In this document: one piece after another, positions 16,545 through 25,173 of the stretch | Numbering within the stretch: position 1 is the stretch's first letter | How the letters are laid out: each line of letters begins with the position of its first letter | Origin: a virus | IMG/VR virus record: IMGVR_UViG_3300044631_002422 | Coordinates: 32,001-96,000 of that record | DNA: 64,000 nucleotides | Strand: one strand, 5' to 3' | The notes under the pieces: model-generated | The model's database searches: none | The model's input: only the letters and a program-made list of their open reading frames with translations | Told to the model about the DNA's origin: nothing | Position numbers and translations under genes: made by a program

Positions 16545-16580
16545 GAAAACGTCGGGGAAAACGTCGGGGAAAACGTCGGG
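16545..16580 (+). repeat. 12-bp tandem repeat (GAAAACGTCGGG)x3
   Basis: Three perfect units with degenerate flanking units. Confidence 0.9.
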
Positions 16581-16601
16581 GAAAATTAGAGGAGCAACAG
16601 A

Positions 16602-16988
16602 ATGAGAGAGATTAAGTTTAGGGTTTGGTCAAAAGATAGAAAAATGTTTGTTGTGGATGGTATGAGCGTGGAAGACATACAAGAAGATGCTACTCATTCA
16701 GTACACTTGCCTATGCTTATTAAGCAGGAAGAGTGTGTTTGGCAACAGTATATTGGACTTAAAGACCTTAATGGAAGAGATATCTATGAGGGCGATATAG
16801 TTTCAATTTATTTAAACGGCCCATTAGAAACTTCTAAACCTAATACTGGCGTGGTTATTTGGAATGAAGATAATGCAGGTTTTGTAATGGCGACAAAAGT
16901 TTATGATGAAGATGTAAATTGGGAATTTTTACTTACTGAATTGACCGTAATTGGAAACATATTTGAAAACCCTGAGTTATTAAGATGA
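16602..16988 (+). CDS. YopX family protein
   Basis: MREIKFRVW, QYIGLKD.NG.DIYEGDIV, VIGNIFENPELL. Confidence 0.9.
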   Translation: MREIKFRVWSKDRKMFVVDGMSVEDIQEDATHSVHLPMLIKQEECVWQQYIGLKDLNGRDIYEGDIVSIYLNGPLETSKPNTGVVIWNEDNAGFVMATKVYDEDVNWEFLLTELTVIGNIFENPELLR

Positions 16989-17314
16989 GAGAAAGTAAGT
17001 TTAGAATGTGGAATGTCGATGCTAACCGTTGGGCTGATATTGATGACTACTTTAGCGCAAAAAAGTTGATTTGGCAATTACGCACTGGACTCAAAGACCG
17101 TAACGGTCAAGAAATCTACGAAGGTGATTTAATTAACTTTTCTTGGCAGGCTGGACATAAAGAATTTTATGAATGCAAAAACCAAGAAGTATTTTATAGC
17201 AACGAATGTGCAAGTTTTGTTTTTGGCAAAGACGAAATTTGTATGCTTGACCGCGTAGTATATGATACTTTAGAAGTTGTTGGAAACGTATTTGAAAACC
17301 CGGAGTTATTATAA
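16985..17314 (+). CDS. YopX family protein
   Basis: TGLKDRNGQEIYEGD, EVVGNVFENPELL. Confidence 0.9.
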   Translation: MRESKFRMWNVDANRWADIDDYFSAKKLIWQLRTGLKDRNGQEIYEGDLINFSWQAGHKEFYECKNQEVFYSNECASFVFGKDEICMLDRVVYDTLEVVGNVFENPELL

Positions 17315-17511
17315 TGTACGGACCAAGCGAAGGACAATCATATGCCATTGGATGCTTAATGATTATACTTGTTATTCTATCTATATTTGGCGTAATGGAA
17401 ATTATTGATATCGTCAAATATGTTTTTTCTCATCTAAAATGGGTTGACAATTAAGATTGTTGTGGTATAATGACGATAAAGGAGATTTAAAATGAAAGTG
17501 GAGATGAGCGA

Positions 17512-17793
17512 ATGAGCGAGTTTACAAAAGGACCGTGGCGGAAAGGCAATGTAGGCGAAATTATGCTGAATAACAAATACCGCGAAATCATTTCCGACGA
17601 CGGGAAGATTGGATTGGTGTACGGAATTATTGACCAAGACAACAAGGCCAACGCCAATCTCATCGCAGCCGCACCGGAGTTGTACGAGGCTCTTCAAAAG
17701 GTGCTTGACCAATCGTGGAATGGACCTATCGACGCGGAGCATCACGCGAGAAAACAGGCTGCTGCCGCACTAGCCAAAGCGAGGGGCGAATGA
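17512..17793 (+). CDS. phage hypothetical protein (ANA.LIAAAPEL family)
   Basis: FTKGPW and ANANLIAAAPELYEAL motifs. Confidence 0.8.
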   Translation: MSEFTKGPWRKGNVGEIMLNNKYREIISDDGKIGLVYGIIDQDNKANANLIAAAPELYEALQKVLDQSWNGPIDAEHHARKQAAAALAKARGE

Positions 17794-18137
17794 GCGAGAT
17801 ACAAGCTGGCGAAGGATGGCGGTTGCTGGGGCCAGATGAATCGGTAGATGGTTTTGGCGACGAGCATAAAACATCAGAGGGCGTATGGATTAAAGTGCCG
17901 TCATACTTCACCCTCCGGAAAGCCGCAGATTTTATCGCCGTTCGCCGCCGCATCCCGGTCAAGCCGGAGGCGGTGGAGATAGACGGTCATCGAGTCAGCC
18001 TTGACAACGGGTTCGTGCGAATCGGCAGCTTATTTTCGCAGTACTATTTTTCGTCACGCACTGAGGCGATTCGCAAACTTGGCGAGTGGTGTATTGCTGT
18101 TGCCGACTGGCGAGAGGCACAAGGAGATAGTAAATGA
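17790..18137 (+). CDS. hypothetical protein, GWRLLGPDE paralog family
   Basis: MSEIQAGEGWRLLGPDE..RRRIP..ADWREAQG. Confidence 0.75.
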   Translation: MSEIQAGEGWRLLGPDESVDGFGDEHKTSEGVWIKVPSYFTLRKAADFIAVRRRIPVKPEAVEIDGHRVSLDNGFVRIGSLFSQYYFSSRTEAIRKLGEWCIAVADWREAQGDSK

Positions 18138-18505
18138 GCGAGATTGAAGCTGGCGATGGATGGCGATTGCTGGGGCCAGATGAGGTAATCAAGAAAGGGG
18201 ACGAAGTTTGCCCTTTGTTTAGCTTTATATGGTCAGAAGTCCCAGAGCAATTTATTGGCAAAGAGAATCAAGGCTCACAAATCCGTCGCCGCATCCCGGC
18301 CAAGCCGGAAGCGTTGGACATCTGGAACGCTTTTGAGGTGAGTGTGGGCTCAGGTGTTGCCGCGACCTTCGTTATCCGACAGATGGGAGCGTCGCAAGAC
18401 GAGTGGGACGTTGTTGTCGGCGATCTAAACGATGCCCGCCAACTAGCCGACTGGCTGACACGTTACGCCGACTGGCGAGAGGCACAGTATTTAAATGCAA
18501 AGTAA
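18134..18505 (+). CDS. hypothetical protein, GWRLLGPDE paralog family
   Basis: Same motifs as the upstream gene. Confidence 0.75.
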   Translation: MSEIEAGDGWRLLGPDEVIKKGDEVCPLFSFIWSEVPEQFIGKENQGSQIRRRIPAKPEALDIWNAFEVSVGSGVAATFVIRQMGASQDEWDVVVGDLNDARQLADWLTRYADWREAQYLNAK

Positions 18506-18866
18506 AAAATGCATAAAATGCAATCAAGAACTTGACGTTTCTTCTTTTGCTAAAAGGGGCGGTGAAAATTATTTACGAACCGAGTGTAAAAGATGCAATA
18601 ACGAATCAACCAAAATAAGAAAGCTACTCAGGCAGCAAAACGAATCGCCGCCAGACAATTACTGCTGCCCAATATGCGGCAGAAACAACGAGCAATGCGC
18701 TGGCCAAGGCGGAAAAGAAATACCGGCTTGGGTTATTGACCATTGCCACAAAACAAATAAATTTAGAGGTTGGCTTTGCCATAAATGCAATCGTTCATTG
18801 GGTGGTTTCAATGATAGTATTGAGTTATTAAACAAAGCTATTGATTATTTAAAGAATTGGAGTTAA
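18495..18866 (+). CDS. endonuclease VII-like His-Me finger nuclease
   Basis: CPIC..DHCH..FRGWLC..CN..LG. Confidence 0.85.
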   Translation: MQSKKCIKCNQELDVSSFAKRGGENYLRTECKRCNNESTKIRKLLRQQNESPPDNYCCPICGRNNEQCAGQGGKEIPAWVIDHCHKTNKFRGWLCHKCNRSLGGFNDSIELLNKAIDYLKNWS

Positions 18867-18867
18867 A

Positions 18868-19221
18868 ATGAAAGTTGCTGTATATGGAACATTGCGTCGT
18901 GGTTTTGGAAATCATAGACTTTTAGCACATTCTAAATTTTTAGGGCAAACAAAAACTGAACCAGTATTTACAATGTATGGTCATTTAGTTCCTTGGTTGT
19001 CTAATAATGGAACAACTTCTATTGTTGTTGAAGTTTACGAAGTTGATCAAACAATAATGGATTCGCTTGATTGGCTAGAAGGCTATCCGTCTTATTACAA
19101 TCGCCAGTTGATTAACACTGAATTTGGCGAAGCGTGGATTTATTTTATTGACAATAGAGATTCGGGTGCTATAATAGAAAGTGGCGACTGGGCCGAGTAT
19201 AGAAGGTCTGTGTTGCTTTAG
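18868..19221 (+). CDS. gamma-glutamylcyclotransferase (AIG2/GGACT-like)
   Basis: VYGTLRRG..NH, EVYEV, LDWLEGYP, SGDW. Confidence 0.9.
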   Translation: MKVAVYGTLRRGFGNHRLLAHSKFLGQTKTEPVFTMYGHLVPWLSNNGTTSIVVEVYEVDQTIMDSLDWLEGYPSYYNRQLINTEFGEAWIYFIDNRDSGAIIESGDWAEYRRSVLL

Positions 19222-19226
19222 TATTT

Positions 19227-19754
19227 GGCGCGGTGGTGAAATGGCAGACACTCAGGACTCAAAAAGGGTCGGCTATCTCGAAAGGGATAGTTAGTAAGGT
19301 GTAAATTCGGTGAACGCTTAACAGATAATGCTGATGCCAACGCCGAGCGAAGCTCAAATAAATATTGGAACTGTAAACTGAGTTCGATTCTCAGGATGCT
19401 TGGTTGCTGTGTGGTTCGATTCCACAATGCTCTCTGGTGAGGGGACTGGTTCGAATCCAGTTGTTTGAGAACGTGTAGAGACTATAATCACCCACCTAAT
19501 GTAGATAGCAAATTATATTGCGGGGGCAGACATAGTAGAGTGTATATCTCGTCTACCTATCTATAATGGTGAAGGCATAGTCCAGACCACAAACATGGAA
19601 GATTCTCTCAGTGAGACAGAAACTCACGTTAATCAAACAAACAGAGTGGGGAGAGTGAGAGATAAAATATCCCCCATTGGCGGTGAAAACCGTAGTGGTA
19701 AGTAAAATCCTGTGGGAATTAAATCCCGTGCGGGTTCGAGTCCCGCTCGCGCTA
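19227..19754 (+). tRNA. tRNA-Leu(UAA) split by a group I intron (exons 19227-19259 and 19703-19754)
   Basis: Spliced arm CAGGA-CT|TAAAA-TCCTG, long variable arm, T arm GCGGG-TTCGAGT-CCCGC, acceptor GGCGCGG/TCGCGCT. Confidence 0.9.
19260..19702 (+). mobile_element. group I intron, 443 nt, no ORF
   Basis: P1 GACT|C-AAAAA-GGGTC with U.G pair at the 5' splice site; core elements AAATTCGGTGAA, CGCCGAGC, GTAGAGACTA, AAGGCATAGTCC; terminal G at 19702. Confidence 0.9.
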
Positions 19755-19853
19755 TTTCTCTATATTTTTTAAAAATGTTTTGTAAACAGTCAATCCTTTG
19801 CCGATAATACTAAGTATTCAAATGTAAATGAATCTTAATATAGAGAAAGTAAA

Positions 19854-20597
19854 ATGTACCATCCGTACAAAAAAGGATATAGTGTACTACCGGCATTGGA
19901 AAAGTTAGATGGACCTATTTTTCACAAGGATGTTTTTTACGATGAATACATTGAAGCAAAAATTGAAATCTCAAAAAAAAGAAATCTTCTACTTTATAGT
20001 AACATTAGTAAAGATATACTTTATTGTGCAGAATCTGTAATAAAAGAAAATGCCGATTGGGTTAATCCAAATTACAGTTTTGGCGATATATGTATGCAGC
20101 TACAAGAAGATGTAGCAATTCATAGAATTGATAGAGCTACAAATTCTAATTGGTTAGCAGCATCGCATATTGCATTTCCATCGAGTTGGCGTCCAGAAGA
20201 AAAAATTGGAAAGGGATTAGAAGAAATTCATCAACCAGTACCGGGAATGAATTTAAAAAATAGCTACAGGTTAGCTGAAACTTCTTGTCGTCTTGGCCCA
20301 TTCCAAAGATTCGTTTGGTCGCCAATTTTTGAGTATAGATTGGATTTTCATCCAGATAATCCAAAACAAAAGTTTGACCCAAAAAATCCAAAAATCTATG
20401 TTAAAGTAGAAAAGCAGATTACATATCCTTTGTTGGATGTTGATGCTTTTCTTTTTGTTTTAAGACAATACATTGTAGAGCCAGACCTTATTGACTTATA
20501 TAGAACGTGTTGTACAATGACACCAGAACAAAAGAAATACAAAGGTATAACCGATGAATTTCTTGATTTTTTATTTTTGTGGTTGGATCAAAGCTAA
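19854..20597 (+). CDS. DUF3445 / heme-dependent oxidative N-demethylase alpha-like protein
   Basis: LQEDVAI, FPSSW.PEEKIG..L.EIH.PVPG, RF.W and VE.Q motifs. Confidence 0.75.
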   Translation: MYHPYKKGYSVLPALEKLDGPIFHKDVFYDEYIEAKIEISKKRNLLLYSNISKDILYCAESVIKENADWVNPNYSFGDICMQLQEDVAIHRIDRATNSNWLAASHIAFPSSWRPEEKIGKGLEEIHQPVPGMNLKNSYRLAETSCRLGPFQRFVWSPIFEYRLDFHPDNPKQKFDPKNPKIYVKVEKQITYPLLDVDAFLFVLRQYIVEPDLIDLYRTCCTMTPEQKKYKGITDEFLDFLFLWLDQS

Positions 20598-20606
20598 ACG
20601 GAGATT

Positions 20607-21638
20607 TTGATGTATAATTTGTGCTGTATAAGTAACGAGCTAAAAGAACAAGGTTACTCATTCAAGACCATGACTTGGAAAAGATTTTGCCAACTTTCAG
20701 AATTGCATGGGCGAGGATATGCAATAATGGAGCTTGGGTATCGTTATTTAAACAATATAAAAGTTACACATCAAATCATAAAACATTGTCATAAACACGG
20801 ATGGGGATATCGCGTATCATCAGACCTTTTTCCTCTTTTAACTCATCCAGAAGCAAAATTCTTGCTCAAGAATATTCCACAGTATGACGATATTTTTGAA
20901 GAGTTTCGTGCTATACGAAACGGTAATTACAATGTGCGTTTATCTACTCATCCAGACCAATTCAATGTGCTTGCAAGTAATAATTTAGAGTCTGTGCGTA
21001 AAACAATTCAAGAACTATCGAATCATGGAATGGTTATGGATTTATTAGGATGTGAACAAAATTATAACAATCCAATAAATATTCATGTCAATTGCGCCGA
21101 TGGTGAGCCAGAAGATATTGCCATGCGATTTACATACTGGCTTGCTGCCGCGCCACACAACGTGCGGTCACGACTTGTTGTAGAAAATGAAGATAAGGGT
21201 ATATGGACCGTAAGTAATCTACTTAGATATTTCTGGGAAGAATACGGAATTCCAATAACGTTTGATAATCTGCATCATAAATGTAATCCTTGTGGTATGT
21301 CGGAAGAATTAGCTATGGCGCATTGTGCTGGAACATGGTATCATTATGGAGCAAAGCCGCTATTCCACTACAGCGAATCTTGCCCAAACAACAAAAACAA
21401 ACGCGCTCATGCTGATATGCCAACAAACATTCCTCCATCAGATAAATATGATTGGGATGTCGAATTAAAAAATAAGGATAAAGCGATACGTCATTTATAT
21501 TTAATTGAACTTATGCGAGAATCTGAATTACTTGGTGAATGGGCTGCTGATGTTGGTCCGCAGCGAGGCCCAAGTAGTGTTGCAAAAATAAATGCAGAAA
21601 CAAAATCTGTTAACATTCAGTTGAAGGAATTATCATGA
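20607..21638 (+). CDS. uvsE: UV damage endonuclease
   Basis: YRVSSDLFP, RLSTHPDQF.VL.S, RLVVENED, FD.LHH, HYSES, AHAD, DVE.K.KD. Confidence 0.9.
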   Translation: MMYNLCCISNELKEQGYSFKTMTWKRFCQLSELHGRGYAIMELGYRYLNNIKVTHQIIKHCHKHGWGYRVSSDLFPLLTHPEAKFLLKNIPQYDDIFEEFRAIRNGNYNVRLSTHPDQFNVLASNNLESVRKTIQELSNHGMVMDLLGCEQNYNNPINIHVNCADGEPEDIAMRFTYWLAAAPHNVRSRLVVENEDKGIWTVSNLLRYFWEEYGIPITFDNLHHKCNPCGMSEELAMAHCAGTWYHYGAKPLFHYSESCPNNKNKRAHADMPTNIPPSDKYDWDVELKNKDKAIRHLYLIELMRESELLGEWAADVGPQRGPSSVAKINAETKSVNIQLKELS

Positions 21639-22447
21639 CTTATAAAGTAGGAATAATTGGCCGGGGTTTTGTTGGAGGAGCAATTGAATCTTATCTTAAA
21701 GATAAATGCGATGTTGTATCTTATGACATACGCGACTCTTTAGATGCTGACCAAGGCTACAAAAATGTAGTTGATCACTCTGAAATTATTTATGTTTGCG
21801 TTCCTACACCACAAAATAGTGATGGTAGTTTTTGTAAAGATATTTTGGAACAAAGTATAAGACTAATAGATTTTCATGCTGCGCAAAAATCAACTCAACC
21901 AATTGTTGTAATAAAGTCAACAATGTCTCCGGGAACATTTGATGATCTTTACAATATTTACAAGAACATTGAAATGGTTGTCAACCCAGAGTTTTTGACT
22001 GAACGAACAGCCAAGAAAGATGTTCAAAACACAAAAAAACATTTGATTGGAGGTTATTCAATCAATGCTGCACATCCCGTTATGGAGTTCATTTGGTCGA
22101 TGTGGCCTAGTACAGATTGTTTTTATGTAGAACCAACTGAAGCTGAACTAATAAAATATATTACAAACTCTTTTTTTGCAGTAAAAGTTTCATTTGCAAA
22201 TCATATACATGACTTGTGCGAGTCGCTTGGTATTGATTACGAAAGTATTTCTGATACAATGATCCAAGTAGATCCAAGGGTTGGCGATCTTCATTGGAAA
22301 GTTCCCGGTCCAGATGGAAAGCTTGGATTTGGAGGAAGATGTTTTCCAAAAGACTTGAATAGTATGATTGAACTATTCAATAAGCTTGAGCTTGATTGCG
22401 ATGTTCTTTCTGCTGCCCAAAATTACAATTTAAAAATAAGGGATTGA
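21635..22447 (+). CDS. ugd: UDP-glucose/GDP-mannose 6-dehydrogenase (lacks C-terminal domain)
   Basis: GRGFVG, VCVPTP, IKST, NPEFL, GFGG.CFPKD. Confidence 0.85.
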   Translation: MTYKVGIIGRGFVGGAIESYLKDKCDVVSYDIRDSLDADQGYKNVVDHSEIIYVCVPTPQNSDGSFCKDILEQSIRLIDFHAAQKSTQPIVVIKSTMSPGTFDDLYNIYKNIEMVVNPEFLTERTAKKDVQNTKKHLIGGYSINAAHPVMEFIWSMWPSTDCFYVEPTEAELIKYITNSFFAVKVSFANHIHDLCESLGIDYESISDTMIQVDPRVGDLHWKVPGPDGKLGFGGRCFPKDLNSMIELFNKLELDCDVLSAAQNYNLKIRD

Positions 22448-22448
22448 T

Positions 22449-23504
22449 ATGAAGATAGTTGATGAAGTTAAACTTGATTTTGATGACATACTTCTTGTTC
22501 CAGCGAGATCACCAGCAGCAAGCCGAAAAGAAGTTGAGCTTAAACGGTTGTTTAAGTTTTTTCATTCTCCCCGACAATGGTATGGCATACCAATCATGGC
22601 AGCGAATATGGATGTTACAGGCACGTTTGCTATGGGCAATTCTTTATTGAACTGGTGTGCTGTTACCTGTCTTCACAAACATTATCCAATTGAAGAGGTA
22701 GTAAAATACTATAAGTCAAATAATGTTCAAAACAATGTTTGGATGAGCATTGGAATGAATCAAGAAAAAGATATCGACAGGCTTATTGCAGTCGAAGATG
22801 CTACAGATTACTCTCCAAATATTTGTATTGATATTGCAAACGGTTATACCGAAAAGTTTGTTGAGTGGTGTGCAAAAGTAAGAAGTGTTTTCAAAGATTC
22901 AATTATTATGGCTGGTAATGTTTGTACTCCAGAAATGGTGCAGGAGTTGATTCTGCATGGCGGAGTCGATATAGTTAAGGTTGGAATTGGACCGGGAAGC
23001 GCGTGTCTGACTCGTCATATGACTGGTGTGGGATTCCCGCAACTTTCAGCGATTATAGAGTGTAGTCATGCTGCTCATGGACTCAAAAGCGGAGAAGGCA
23101 GAATGGGATTGATTTGTGCTGATGGCGGATGTAGAATACCAGCAGACGTATGCAAAGCTTTCGCTGCCAACGCTGATTTTGTTATGCTTGGAGGAATGTT
23201 TGCAGGAGCAGATGAGTGTGATGGTGAATGGATAACCCAAGGCGATAAAAAATATCTAACATTTTACGGAATGTCATCGCAAAAAGCACAATATAAGCAT
23301 AACGGAGGAATGGCTACCTACAAAGCCAGTGAGGGTCGCGTCAAAAAAGTAGCTCATAAAGGTTCTGCCAATGATATTATGTCAGAAATTTGCGGTGGTC
23401 TTCGTAGCTGTTGTGCTTATACTGGCGCTATTTGCTTGAAAGATTTGCCAAAATGTGCAAAAGCTGTCCGTGTTAACCGAGTTCATTTTGATAATACGGT
23501 TTAA
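22449..23504 (+). CDS. guaC: GMP reductase
   Basis: AANMD..GTF, CIDIANGY, KVGIGPGSAC.TR, ADFVMLGGM, FYGMSS, ASEG. Confidence 0.93.
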   Translation: MKIVDEVKLDFDDILLVPARSPAASRKEVELKRLFKFFHSPRQWYGIPIMAANMDVTGTFAMGNSLLNWCAVTCLHKHYPIEEVVKYYKSNNVQNNVWMSIGMNQEKDIDRLIAVEDATDYSPNICIDIANGYTEKFVEWCAKVRSVFKDSIIMAGNVCTPEMVQELILHGGVDIVKVGIGPGSACLTRHMTGVGFPQLSAIIECSHAAHGLKSGEGRMGLICADGGCRIPADVCKAFAANADFVMLGGMFAGADECDGEWITQGDKKYLTFYGMSSQKAQYKHNGGMATYKASEGRVKKVAHKGSANDIMSEICGGLRSCCAYTGAICLKDLPKCAKAVRVNRVHFDNTV

Positions 23505-23549
23505 AATGTGTATAAAGCATCAAATGCGAGCTTTATTTTAGGTAAAATA

Positions 23550-23834
23550 ATGGACAAAGAAAAACTAATAAAAACCATAAATTCAATTTATGAATGGCCC
23601 ATAACAGAAGAAAAAATACTTGAGGTTTATGATAACTTCAAGAATATAATCAAATGTGGCGATATAGAAACTATTGAATTCATGGAAAATGTAATCAAAT
23701 TTGACAAAAAACGAAGAATGGAATACAGAAACTATCTAGCTTCAATTGGTTTTGAATTAAGGCCAAACGAACTAGACCAGTATATTTTATTGATGATTAT
23801 TGCTATGTTAGATACGGTAAAAATTAATGGCTAG
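23550..23834 (+). CDS. hypothetical protein
   Basis: ORF overlapping the next gene. Confidence 0.55.
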   Translation: MDKEKLIKTINSIYEWPITEEKILEVYDNFKNIIKCGDIETIEFMENVIKFDKKRRMEYRNYLASIGFELRPNELDQYILLMIIAMLDTVKING

Positions 23835-25173
23835 ATCAAGACTTGGACACGGATTTAAATGTTGCAAAGAAGAAAGTAGTTCTAGCTCTAGTTCATCTAG
23901 TTCCATTTCAACTGGAACGGCCAGTTCATCTACTTCTACTGGCGGTCCAAGTGGCGATTGTCCATGTTTAGTTTACTCTGAAAAGTTTTTAGCTTTTGAC
24001 TCCTGTGACCCACAGGAAGACAGAATCGGCGCGATTAGTATAAATATGTCGCCAACTAGAGTTTGCGGCAATCAAAATTTTACAATTAGCTTTACAATAA
24101 GAAATGAAACTGGTGGTACTTGGACTTCAACAAATGATGATTCTTTTGTTTACTTGGCGGTTGTAAACACCAATGGAAATTCATGTACTTTATGTTCTGA
24201 TATTGATTATGTAAGCGCAAGCCCATCTCCACTTAGAACAAATCTTACCGGTGGAAATGTAGGATGCGCAATCATGCAAATAGATTGGTCTATAAACCTT
24301 GCCAACAACTCAGAAACTTCTTACTCGGCTACATTTACTATGGGTACAATTTGTAACTGTACCGACCCAGTTATTTTTGAAGTTGGTGTTGTGAGAGGCT
24401 GTCGCGCAACACTTTCTGCTGTATGCGATCCATGTCAACCATCTCCTTGTGTTGGTAATTGTCAGGTAAATAAACCATCAACAGCAACTGGTTCTGGCGG
24501 TCAGTTTTGGGATATACTATCCTCTACATATAATACGGCTAATGGCAACTGGTCACTAACAGCTGTTGCTAAAACCCCTACTGGTGTTGGAGCTAGTAGT
24601 TTTAGCAGTGGTCAAGTAAGTAGTACCGGAGGAGCAAACGCTGCAATTAGTTCACACGTTCCAGCTGCAAATTTTGGCGGTACAGCATATCCCGTCGGAA
24701 CAGTAGTTACAATAAATGGAACATCAACTCCGCCGACTTCTGCGAATTGTTCAACTTGGGGATTTGGTTTAGTTACATACGCTATAGTTTATCTTCCAGC
24801 AACTTGGACTTCAGAAATTTGTGCATCAGATTTTAATCCTATGAATTTTTTAGATCAGGAAAATTATTCATATTCTAGCAATAGATCGTTATCTAGCGGA
24901 TCTGGAGATATATCTTCAATATCAAGCTTTTCACTGACTTTAAATTCAGAAAAATGTTGCGACGGAGCGTGTGTGGTTGATTGTGAAAATGGACAAGTTA
25001 TTAGAACTATTTTTGATGATTGTGCTGGAAGAATATCAGACAGTGGAGAATCGTGTAATTGTCAGTCCGGTTTCGATCTAAATGTTTGTTATGAAAAACC
25101 AGATGGTCCCCTTGTAATTAAGTGTGGATACAAAGATTCCTCTTTGAATTATATTGTTTGTGGAGATGTTTGA
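23827..25173 (+). CDS. Cys/Ser/Thr-rich protein, possibly virion-associated
   Basis: Poly-Ser tract, many Cys, beta-rich composition. Confidence 0.65.
   Translation: MARSRLGHGFKCCKEESSSSSSSSSSISTGTASSSTSTGGPSGDCPCLVYSEKFLAFDSCDPQEDRIGAISINMSPTRVCGNQNFTISFTIRNETGGTWTSTNDDSFVYLAVVNTNGNSCTLCSDIDYVSASPSPLRTNLTGGNVGCAIMQIDWSINLANNSETSYSATFTMGTICNCTDPVIFEVGVVRGCRATLSAVCDPCQPSPCVGNCQVNKPSTATGSGGQFWDILSSTYNTANGNWSLTAVAKTPTGVGASSFSSGQVSSTGGANAAISSHVPAANFGGTAYPVGTVVTINGTSTPPTSANCSTWGFGLVTYAIVYLPATWTSEICASDFNPMNFLDQENYSYSSNRSLSSGSGDISSISSFSLTLNSEKCCDGACVVDCENGQVIRTIFDDCAGRISDSGESCNCQSGFDLNVCYEKPDGPLVIKCGYKDSSLNYIVCGDV

Noticed and set aside
19227-19265. tRNA-Leu(CAA)
   Set aside because: CAA belongs to the intron 5' end; group I splice rules (U before the site, terminal G) give UAA.
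19218-19427. Minus-strand 69-aa ORF as an intron-encoded protein
   Set aside because: It is antisense to the tRNA and ribozyme core and has no endonuclease motifs.
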